In this document: piece by piece, positions 8,219-17,900 of the stretch | Layout: each line of letters starts with the position of its first letter | Numbering within the stretch: the stretch's first letter is position 1 | Source of the DNA: a virus | Taxonomy: Duplodnaviria; Caudoviricetes | DNA length: 55,577 nucleotides | Virus record (IMG/VR): IMGVR_UViG_3300030110_005976 | Coordinates: 1 to 55,577 of that record | Strand: one strand, 5' to 3' | Translations under genes and position numbers: made by a program | The notes under the pieces: model-generated | Databases searched by the model: none | What the model was told of the DNA's origin: nothing | What the model saw: only the letters and a program-made list of their open reading frames with translations

Positions 8219-9452
8219 GAGAATGTCGGGTTATAGGCAGTCTTTTATACAAATACAGCCAGAATCAAGGCCTGAAAAAGAACAACCTGCTCCATCTGAA
8301 GATACAATAAATATAGAGCAGAATATAATAATTAAGGAAGAGGAAGTTTCCACGTTCGATGGTAAGGAAATATACTCTTATCACCCTAATGTAAATGAGG
8401 TTATAATGAGCGATAAAGATACAAAGGCGCCAGTTAAAAGAGCTGTAGGCGTTGATATTGGAACAGGATTTATTTCTTGCGCTGAGCATGAAGACGGAAA
8501 TAAGAAATTCAGAAAGGTAAGGGACGCTTTCTTCAAGCTTAACCCATCTAAATTCTTAGAAGGATCTGCTCATCAGTTTGGTGAAAATATGCTGAAGAAC
8601 GCAGGTGCTCACTATGTTAAAGTAGACGGTGAGCTTTACGTCTTAGGAGATGATGCATTTAAGTTTGCAAATCTATTTCATCAAGAATGTTTAAGACCTA
8701 TGTCTCAAGGTGTTCTAAATCCGAAGCACCCAGTGTCTAATCTTATGGTTAGCGAGCTTATTAAAGCAGTAGCCGGCAAGCCAAAGTCAAAGAATGATGT
8801 TCTGTACTATTGTGTTCCAGCAGAACCAATTGATGCAGATTTTGATGTTGAATATCACAAGCAAATTTTACATGGCGTATTCTCAGACATAGGATACAAA
8901 GATATTAATGTTATGACTGAAGGCTTAGCTGTAGTTTATTCAGAACTTTCAGATACACAGTATACCGGGATTGGCATGAGCTTTGGAGCTGGTATGTGTA
9001 ATATAGTATATTCTTTTATGGGAATGCCTGTATTTGCATTTTCTCTAAGCAGGGGTGGGGACTGGATTGATTCTCACGCTGCCAAGCATACTGATGAAAC
9101 ACACAATGTCGTTACCTCTATAAAGGAAAAAGCAGATTTTAGTCTTTATGACTCAACTAATGGAATTCAGAGAGCTATATCTATTTATTATGAATCTCTT
9201 CTTTCTTATGTTGTTGAGAAATTTAAAGAGCTATATGAAAAGACACCCAAGAAACAATTACCAAACGTAACTATGGAAATGCCTATAGTTATTGCTGGTG
9301 GAACCTCCCTAGTTTTAGGATTTGTGGAGAGATTAAAGGAACTTACAGCCGAAGATTTTCCCGTGCCCATTTCTGAAATAAAACATGCTCAAGAGCCCCT
9401 GTTCGCTGTTTCTAATGGATTGTACGAGGCTGCTAGGCTTTCTTTACAGTAA
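8196..9452 (+). CDS. Actin-fold ATPase (MreB/FtsA/ParM superfamily), volactin-like
   Basis: Phosphate-1 GVDIGT, connect-1 EGLAVVYSEL, phosphate-2 GIGMSFGAGMCN, RGGDWID, adenosine IAGGTS. An alternative ATG at 8406 has a GAGG SD. Confidence 0.9.
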   Translation: MNTPRRIERMSGYRQSFIQIQPESRPEKEQPAPSEDTINIEQNIIIKEEEVSTFDGKEIYSYHPNVNEVIMSDKDTKAPVKRAVGVDIGTGFISCAEHEDGNKKFRKVRDAFFKLNPSKFLEGSAHQFGENMLKNAGAHYVKVDGELYVLGDDAFKFANLFHQECLRPMSQGVLNPKHPVSNLMVSELIKAVAGKPKSKNDVLYYCVPAEPIDADFDVEYHKQILHGVFSDIGYKDINVMTEGLAVVYSELSDTQYTGIGMSFGAGMCNIVYSFMGMPVFAFSLSRGGDWIDSHAAKHTDETHNVVTSIKEKADFSLYDSTNGIQRAISIYYESLLSYVVEKFKELYEKTPKKQLPNVTMEMPIVIAGGTSLVLGFVERLKELTAEDFPVPISEIKHAQEPLFAVSNGLYEAARLSLQ

Positions 9453-9455
9453 AAT

Positions 9456-10547
9456 ATGGAAAAAAATGAAAGAGAGTATTATGTAGCTAAGCTGCTATCT
9501 GGTTCTACGTACTTTACAGTAGGTAGGAATAGATATAAGATAGTTAATCCAAATCCTGATCAAGTATTATTAGCAGAAGAGATTGCAAAAGAAGCAGTCC
9601 AGCAAGCTGCTTTTAGACAATTGCTTACAGAAGAGGAAGCTACTGAATACCTCCATGAAAAAGGAATTTGGACTCATGAAAATGAAAAGGCCTATAAGGA
9701 ATCCGAAGATCTAATAGAAGATATGAAAGTAGAGCTTTATGAGACTGTATTTAACAAAAAAGCATGCGACTCAATAAGAAGGAAATTAAAAGGTATAAGA
9801 AAAGCTATGGCTGATGGGATACAAAAAAAGTACTCCATCTCACCTATGACTTTAGAGTACTACAGGTCATCAACAAAAAATCAATTTTTAGCAGCAGTTT
9901 GCACTTATGATTTAGAAGGCAACAGGGTCTATAACGAGAGCAACTACTTTAGTGCTGATGCTACAATAATGGAAAGGGCATATGAAGCAAGACAAGCAGA
10001 CGGTATTGACCAAACAACAATGAGAGATTTGGCTCGCAATGAGCCTTGGAGAAGTTACTGGGCAGTTAGTAAACAAAATGTTTTTGGCAGCCCTTCAGCT
10101 AACTTTTTCGGTCCAAGAGGAGAAGAGGCTGTAATTATTCCATCTTCTCATTTGAATCAGTATCAAAGAGCTATGGTGTCAATATCTAAGATGTATGATA
10201 ATGCACACCAGCACCCAGAATGTCCAGATGAGTCTGTGATTAATGACGACGACTGTTTCGATGGTTGGATGATCTTTGAGAACAGAAAAAGACAGAAAGA
10301 ACAGAAGAGAAAGAGACTAGATGCTCTCGCAGATAAAAAGGGAGACGAGCTATTCGTCATGACTAGCAAAGAGGACGCTAGAGAAGTTTTTGAGCTCAAT
10401 AATCCCGGAGATAACATGAGATTAAAACAAAGATTTAGTCAAATTAAAAGAGAGGGTACTGTAGAAGAAAAAGATCTATTTGACGTAAAAATGGATTTGA
10501 GACGAGAAGCACACGCACAGTCAAGAGATAGAAGAAGAAAACTATAG
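9456..10547 (+). CDS. Hypothetical helical protein, candidate tail assembly chaperone
   Basis: 363-aa charged ORF between tube and tape measure genes; HPECPD...DDDCFDGW motif. Confidence 0.55.
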   Translation: MEKNEREYYVAKLLSGSTYFTVGRNRYKIVNPNPDQVLLAEEIAKEAVQQAAFRQLLTEEEATEYLHEKGIWTHENEKAYKESEDLIEDMKVELYETVFNKKACDSIRRKLKGIRKAMADGIQKKYSISPMTLEYYRSSTKNQFLAAVCTYDLEGNRVYNESNYFSADATIMERAYEARQADGIDQTTMRDLARNEPWRSYWAVSKQNVFGSPSANFFGPRGEEAVIIPSSHLNQYQRAMVSISKMYDNAHQHPECPDESVINDDDCFDGWMIFENRKRQKEQKRKRLDALADKKGDELFVMTSKEDAREVFELNNPGDNMRLKQRFSQIKREGTVEEKDLFDVKMDLRREAHAQSRDRRRKL

Positions 10548-10562
10548 GAAGGAGAATTCGGG

Positions 10563-10916
10563 ATGAGAGAATTCGATTTTAATAAACAAAACAGAGATGA
10601 TAGGAGAGGTGAGAGGTATAAAGAATCCTCTAAAAAAAGACTCTTAAATATCATAAAAAAGAAATTTGATACTACCACAATAGGATCATTAGCTATACTC
10701 GAAGAACTTTTTGGCGAACTATGGGGACATGGATTACCTTATAGAGATCTGGACGAAGATGAAAAAGAATGGCGCGAAGTATGGAATGAGGCAAGAACTA
10801 AAATACTTGACCTTGGAAACTCTAACCTTAGAGGGGCTCAGAGTGAGATTTCTCAATACACTTTGAGTTGGAACAGATATGTAACTAACTTTATTATTAA
10901 GGATAACAGGGAGTAA
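10563..10916 (+). CDS. Hypothetical protein (117 aa)
   Basis: AGGAG SD; charged and probably helical. Confidence 0.7.
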   Translation: MREFDFNKQNRDDRRGERYKESSKKRLLNIIKKKFDTTTIGSLAILEELFGELWGHGLPYRDLDEDEKEWREVWNEARTKILDLGNSNLRGAQSEISQYTLSWNRYVTNFIIKDNRE

Positions 10917-10919
10917 AAA

Positions 10920-11900
10920 ATGGCAGATAAAGATAAAAGAACTTTTGAAGTTAACGGGAAGAGTTATGCGGTTAGGAAACCGAAAGTAGACGAAATCAGA
11001 AAAGCAAATGAAATTCGTTCTAAGGCTTTTAACGAAGCTCTACAAAGAGGGGATATGCTTAGAGAACAGCTAGAATCTGAACTTAGAAAGCGTAAGCTTT
11101 GGAGTGATTCTAGGGAAGAAACCTATCAAGAACTGCGCAAAGTAGTGCTAGATGGTGAGTATAAACTTAAATCTGGTGGTATTAAGCTATCTAGAGCTAA
11201 AAAGATCGCTCTTGAAATGGCAGATGCTAGAACACAAATGGTTTCACTGCTATCAAGTAGGACAGATTTAGACTCAAATACATGTGAAGGTAAGGCTGAT
11301 GCGGCCCGCTTCAATTATCTATTTGCAGCGTGTTTGGTGTATGATGATAATGGAGAACCTTATTTTGAGAATGGTTTGGATGACTATCTTCTCAATCAAG
11401 ATGATGTAGTAGCGGTTACTGGTGCTTCGCATTTTTATTACCTATTATCAGGTAGTGACAATGTTGATTCGAAGCTTCCGGAAAATCAATTTTTAACTAG
11501 ATTTAACTTTGTCAATGAAGATAATAGACTTATTGATAAAGAGGGTAGATTGATTAATCGTGACGGTAAGCATATTGATGAGAATGGTGATCTAATCAAA
11601 TGGATCGACGACGAAAACTTTGAGCATGTTGATTCAGAAGGAAGGCCAGTAAATGATGACGGAGATTATGACGTTGACTTTGCACCTTTCCTAGATGATG
11701 AAGGTAATCCAGTCGAAGAGCCCGAAGAGGAAGAAGCTGAAGAAGAAGCCGAGGAAAAGGCTGAAGCTGAGGTTAAGGAAAAAAAGCCAAAACGAGCTCC
11801 AAGAAAAAAGACTAAGGCTAAGACTCCTCCAAAAGAGGAAGAAGAGCCTGAGACCGGAGAAGAAGAATCTGACGAAGCTGAAGAAGCTTCTGAAGAATAA
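10920..11900 (+). CDS. Candidate tail assembly chaperone with acidic/Lys-rich disordered C-terminus
   Basis: GGAG SD; immediately upstream of the tape measure gene; DxxG repeats and an E/K-rich tail. Confidence 0.55.
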   Translation: MADKDKRTFEVNGKSYAVRKPKVDEIRKANEIRSKAFNEALQRGDMLREQLESELRKRKLWSDSREETYQELRKVVLDGEYKLKSGGIKLSRAKKIALEMADARTQMVSLLSSRTDLDSNTCEGKADAARFNYLFAACLVYDDNGEPYFENGLDDYLLNQDDVVAVTGASHFYYLLSGSDNVDSKLPENQFLTRFNFVNEDNRLIDKEGRLINRDGKHIDENGDLIKWIDDENFEHVDSEGRPVNDDGDYDVDFAPFLDDEGNPVEEPEEEEAEEEAEEKAEAEVKEKKPKRAPRKKTKAKTPPKEEEEPETGEEESDEAEEASEE

Positions 11901-11912
11901 CAAACTGGACAA

Positions 11913-11959
11913 GTGGTCATACTTTTAGATAACTGTCTATAGGTATGGCCATTTTTTTT
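11913..11959 (+). terminator. Long hairpin plus U-tract just upstream of the tape measure gene
   Basis: GTGGTCATACTTTTAGAT pairs with GTCTATAGGTATGGCCAT (one mismatch, several G-U pairs), followed by a T8 run. Confidence 0.7.
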
Positions 11960-11970
11960 AAGGTTCCCTT

Positions 11971-14900
11971 ATGGCTTTTAACATCAACGCCCATGTCATC
12001 CTGCAAGGGCCAAAAAATATCAAGGCTGTTACTAATAGCATAAAGCAACAGCTTCAAGGTATCTCTGTACCTGTCAATCTCCAAACCGGACAGGTTGCAT
12101 CTACAAATCAGCAGGTGACTACTCTAACAAAAGGGATGAAAGGTCTTCAGAACTCTGCTACTGCTACATCCAAAAGCCTGAAGACTGTTAATGCTGCTAC
12201 CATGGCCTCAGCAACCGCTATGAATAAAAGCGGAGGTGCTGCTGGAAAGATGGGGAAAAACCTTAAATCAGTTGCTAGCAATGCTAATCAGGCAGGCGGT
12301 GCTATGCGCATGTTGGGTAGGGAAACAGCCCTGACCTTCAAGCGCTTTGCCGCTGCCGGTATCGTTACAGCTACTGTCTTTCGTTTAGGAAGTGCTATCT
12401 CCGAAGCAACTGGAAAGGCTCTTGAGTTTGAACGTGAAATGGTCAAGCTTCAACAGGTTACTGGTAAGACTGCTGGTCAATTGAACAAGCTGAAAACTGC
12501 TGTAACTACAGTATCGAAGGACTTGGGTATTAGCGCAAATGAGCTAGCTGAAATTTCTAGGTTGTTCGCTCAGACTGGACAAAGCCTAAAAGAAGTAGAG
12601 TCTTCTATGAAGGCTGTTGCTCGCTCTAGTCTAGCTCCCACCTTCGGTGAAATGACACAGACAGCAGAAGGTCTTATTGCTGCTATGAACCAGTTTGGTA
12701 TAGGAGCTAATAAAGCTGAGGCTATTTTAGGTTCTCTTAATAGAGTTTCTAAGAAGTTTGCTGTAGAGTCTCAAGACTTAATTGCTGCTATCCGTCGTGC
12801 TGGTGGTGTGTTTGCTATGGCAGCAGGGCAATTTAAAGATCCTATTGATGCCCTTAATGAATTTAATGCCATCTTCACTGCTGTACGATCAACTACTCGT
12901 GAGTCGGCAGAAACAATCGCTACAGGTTTAAGAACTATCTTTACTCGTATCCAAAGGCGTGGAACGATTGAGATGCTTAGAGGCTTGGGTATAGAGCTTA
13001 CCGACACACAAGGAAAGTTTGTAGGACTATTTGAATCATTCAGAATTCTTTCTAGACAATTAGATAAGATTGTACAGAAAGGGGATGCTATTACTTTATC
13101 TGCTATTACTGAAGAGCTTGGTGGTATGCGTCAGATAGGTAAATTATTACCTGCTATTAGAGAATTTAGAAAAGCAGAAGCCGCATTTAAAGAAGCACAG
13201 CAAGGAGCAGTAGAAGGATTAGGCAAGGATGTAGAAAAAGGTTTAGAGCCTTTGATAAAGCAGTTTGAAAAAGTTGGAGCTAGATTTGAGGATTTCATTC
13301 GCACAATATCAGAATCAAGAACATTTAAGCAGCTAGCTCAATTTGCAATAGATACAGCTAATGCCTTTATTACTTTAGGCGAGGCTTTAACTCCTATTCT
13401 TCCTTTACTTACTCAATTTGCTGCTATGAGATTAGCAAGAGGAGCCTTCTCATTTGGACAAGGTTTCTTTGGATCTACTAAGGGATTGGGAGCTCAAGGA
13501 CTAGGTCAAAGAGTAGGTGGAGTTGTAGCAGGTAAGCCAACCGGAGCAGCTCCTACACAACATATTTCAAATAATACTACTGCCCTGTTAAAGAATACAA
13601 CCGCGCTTAGTACTCTTACTACAAGTCTGAAGCCATTATCTACTGTAGCTACAGAATTGAAAAGACTTCATACAATTATAGGTAGATTGGAATCAGAAAT
13701 AAGGACTCTTGGTACGGCAGTAAGGGCTCGTGCTACAGCTTCTCCTTATTATGGATCTTCCTCTGGAAGTAGAAGAGGCCGTAGGCCATTCGGTGGTGGT
13801 GGTAGAGTTGGATTTAGAGCTCCTGTGGTTCCTAGAGTGCCGAAACCAACCGCTAAAAGAGGCGCAGAGCCCATAACAACTAGCGCTGCGAAGAAAAAGA
13901 CAGGCTTGACTGGAGAAGTTGCAATTATGCCGGGCATAAGTCAACATGCTAGACCTGCAACTACTTTCGGTGTTGTTTCATTACGTCCTGAAAATGAAAC
14001 GGAAGCATTCCACGCGCATGTCAACTATAGTCAAATGGGAGGAACAATAGATACTCCTGCCGGGAAGGTATCACAAAGGAACAACAAATTCCAAGCGCTT
14101 ACTAAAAGTAAGAAGTCAGGAACTACTGGTGTAACTATACAGGTTCTTGGGGATTCACTTGATTCAGCTACTGCAGAACAATTTGAAGCAAATCTATCTG
14201 AAGCCATGAGAAAAGCGGTAGAAATTGAATCCAACGAAATTCGAAACAACCTTGGCATAAAGTCTGGAGCGACTCCAGACCCTAGAAAAGCAGGTATAAA
14301 CTTTGAAAATATATCTGGAAATCTATTCGAGTTAATGCTTAATACTGTAGGTGCTCCATACACTCCAGATAAAATTCAGGCTAATGATGCATTTGACTTC
14401 CCTAAAGGGCTTGGGCTAAATCTTAGTGATGTCTTTACAAAATGGCCTCAACTTGTAAAGACAAAAACTGATGCTAAGAGAACACTAAACAAAGATGCAA
14501 TGCTTAGTCTTATGAAGAAGGGTAGAAACACCCTTGATGCTCTGAATCAAAGATTAAATGTAAGCGCTAGCAAGACAACACGGCGGGCCGGATTGGGGTG
14601 GACAAGGAATGAGAGAGGTTTTGGAGCAGCAGAAGGTCTTGCAAAAAGACAAATCAAAGATGAACAATACTGGACAGATGATGGCCTACTAAAGGCTATA
14701 TTGATGCCCGGAGAATTGGTATCTTTTGGAGCTGATCCTTCAACAGCAAGACAAATCGCAGCAGGAAATGTAAATGCTGTAGCTAACCTCAACCCAATGA
14801 AAACAGGTGTAGTTCCCGGAACTGGAAATAGAGATACTTATCCTATGGATCTTCCTCCCGGAGCTGTAGTTGTTCCTAAAGGTCTTTCTGAAGAAGCTAT

Positions 14901-17900
14901 GGGAGAAGGATACGAACCTCGCAGACCACTGGCATATGGAGGTAGAGTTGGTAGAGGTAGAGTTGGTCTATTTGGTGGATCTCAGATTCCTGCGTCACAA
15001 CGAGGAAGTGGTGGTGGTGGTGGAGGAGGAGTGGGTCCAGCCACCGCCAACTTTGGAATGCTAGCAGATGCTGCTGTAGGCGTAGCATTTTCCTTGCAAA
15101 TGTTGGACTTTAGTAATCTGACAAATGCCTTGACATCAATTGGTCAACTTGCCCTTGTTATACCTAGTGCAATAGCAGCGTTTGCCGAAGTTCCACTCGT
15201 ATTGCAGGCTGCTCAGGCAAAGATTGCCAGCGGTCCGCTTATTGGAGGGGCTGGTATTGCTGGTGCTGCCATCGCATCTGGCTTCATAGCAGAGACTTTA
15301 GCAAAAAGCTTAGCTGCGAAGTTTTCTGGTCCTGAAGAGCAGGGAGCAGTAGAGGGAGTTTCTAGACTATCTGAGGAGGGAATCAAAACTGCAAACGCAA
15401 TTCGTCTCGTGGGCTCTGTTGTTGGCGGCCTTACTACAGCTCTTATTCTAATGAAACTAGGAGTCGGCGGCTTTGGTGCTTCCATAGCTGGGATTGGCAC
15501 AGCTGTTGTTTTAGCTATGAGAGCTTTTGACGACTATAATATAAATCTCAAAAAGGCTGCTGAATTTGTACAGTTTGATAAATTTTCAAAAGGTATCGAC
15601 AAGGCTATAGATACATTAGAATTGTTCAATAAGCAAGCCTTTGTAAGTGCTGAGGGAATAACAAATATAACTGAAGCTACAAACTCCGCTCTTCAGTTTA
15701 ATAGACAGCTTGCATCGGCTGCGTCAGAAAGAGCTTTGGCAGAAGCGAGTGCTAGTACAGGCACGGGAGCAATAATAGGTAGTATCTTAGGTGGACTTAT
15801 AGGGTTTGCTGTTGGTGGCGGTCCGGTTGGTGCTGCTGTTGGAGCGACAGCTGGTGCTGGTCTTGGAGAGGCGGCAGAACGCTACATAGTTCAGGGGGAT
15901 GCTGGAGACAGGGCAGAAGCGGCCCTTAAAGCTGCTGACAGAATGCTTGAAGCCGTGAGCGATAAACTTATAGAATCAGTAACTCAAGCTTTTGAAAAAA
16001 TAGCAGATGATTTTGTAAAGAGCCTTGATGACGGAAGTGCAGTGTTTAATAAAATTGGGGCTATTGAAGCTCCGCTTTCCGGAGTAGGAAGCACCGCCCT
16101 AGAAATAGGAGCAAGTTTTAAACTCTTACAAGAAGTTCTCAAGAATACTGGAGAACAGGGAAAAGCCTTTGCTGATTTTATGAATACTAAAGTAAGAGCA
16201 GGAATGGTAGAGTCGATCAAAGCTTCCGGAGATAACGTAAAGAGATTATATTCTATTGCTGCCGCAAAGGGCATAGATTTTACGGATGTCAACAAGCTAA
16301 AAGACAATCTGGCGATGCTTGCGGATGCTGCTGGAATGACTGGAGAAGAGGCAGTATTAGCCGCACAATCCTTGGTAGCTTTTCAGGCAGAGCAGGAAAG
16401 AAATGCAATAAATGCCCTTAAACAAAAGGCAGCGCAGGAACAGCTCAATAGAATGCTTGAAAGTGTAACTAAAAGTTTAAATCTATTTGTGACTGGCCTT
16501 GAGATTATGGCTAGTGTTATGGAAACTGCAGCGGGCCGCTTTAGTACTTTTAGTAGTGAGGTTGGTGACTTTGCTAGTTACTTAATGGGCGGTGGTGGCC
16601 GCATAATGCAGCCGGGAAGAGCAGCAATAAATCCATTCACTAATATAGAGGCTTCTTCTGCGGAGGCTATAGAAGCAGGAATAGAAAGGGTAGGAAAGTT
16701 AACCGGCGCCGATACTGGCGGTCTATCTGAAACAATGAAGTTAAGAAAGGCTATACCTGAACTAGCCAAGTCATTAGGAGATGCTGCCGGAACAACAAAA
16801 ATACAAACAGGAGAACAACTTAAAGGTATATTAGGAGATGTACTTAAAGATAAGTTTGATATTGATATTTCATTGCTACCACCAGCTGTGTTGGCTTCGC
16901 TTGAACGGGGATTAAATGCCCAAGTGAAGGGTAGAGAAGGAATGTCTGTAAACCAGCTAGTAAGAGATGAAGGGATGGGCGCGCTCCTAGATCAGTTTGG
17001 AGAGGCCGCAGAGCAGGTGCGAGTAGCACTTGAGAATTCCTACAAAGCTGTTATACAAGCCCAAAAGGATATGATTGATGTAATTAACCAGTACATTGGA
17101 GTTGAAAAATACAGAATAGATCAGTCGTTGAAAGCTAATGCAATTATAGAAAGCACTAATTCGAGTCTTGATAGGTTTAGGTCTGAAACTGATTACTTTA
17201 GAACGGCAAATGAAAGAGTTATTAATAGATTAAATGCTATAGATAGAGGGCAAGGCAACGTCACTCTTAATCCAGCAGCTCAAGCTGCCGCTGTAGCCCA
17301 AGCTAGGGAAAGTGCTGCTAGTGACAGAGCTGCAATCGCAAAGTTAACTGGCACGGCATTTGGCCCAGAAGCTTCTGTTGAGGAGATTAGAGCTGTACTT
17401 GAAAATAGTGGAACTATCTTTGATGAAGCAGTTCTAAGACTAGTCGATAGTCTTGCAAGTAATGAAAAGGCTTTAATTAGAGAAACTAAGAAGTTAGAAG
17501 AGTTGATTGCTGAAACTGAAAGGTTGGAAGCAGTCAATGCTACTTTAACGGATGTCCAAAAAGCACAAATGGACTCTGAGGCTCAGGCTAGATTCTTTAT
17601 AAATCAACTAGCAAGAATAGAAGGAGAACCTGATCCTATTCGTAGAGGCCAAATGCTTTCTGAATTAATGAGGCCATTTACAGCGTTCAGTAAAGCCCTT
17701 AATGGTGGAACTCTTAGCATGAGAGATTTTGCCGCTCTTGTAGAAAACTTTGATTCTAGAATTCGTCCTATACTAAGATCCCAAGGCCTTTCTGAAGCTG
17801 AAATAAATCAAGTAAGAAGAGGTTTCTTTGCTAAGTTTAGTAATGAATTTCCCGGAATATTCTCATCAGCCGTATCCCAATCTTTTGTTTCCGTTAGAGG

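Noticed and set aside
11778-11786. A-AAA-AAG slippery heptamer in the gene before the tape measure protein
   Set aside because: The -1 frame stops after about eight codons and the site lies in a Lys/Glu-rich tract, so no productive G/GT-type frameshift.
8196-11900. Four consecutive ORFs in the same frame separated by single stops (TAA, TAG, TAA), suggesting read-through or stop-codon reassignment
   Set aside because: The stops are of mixed type, at least two of the downstream ORFs have clear SD sites, and conserved genes elsewhere are intact under the standard code.
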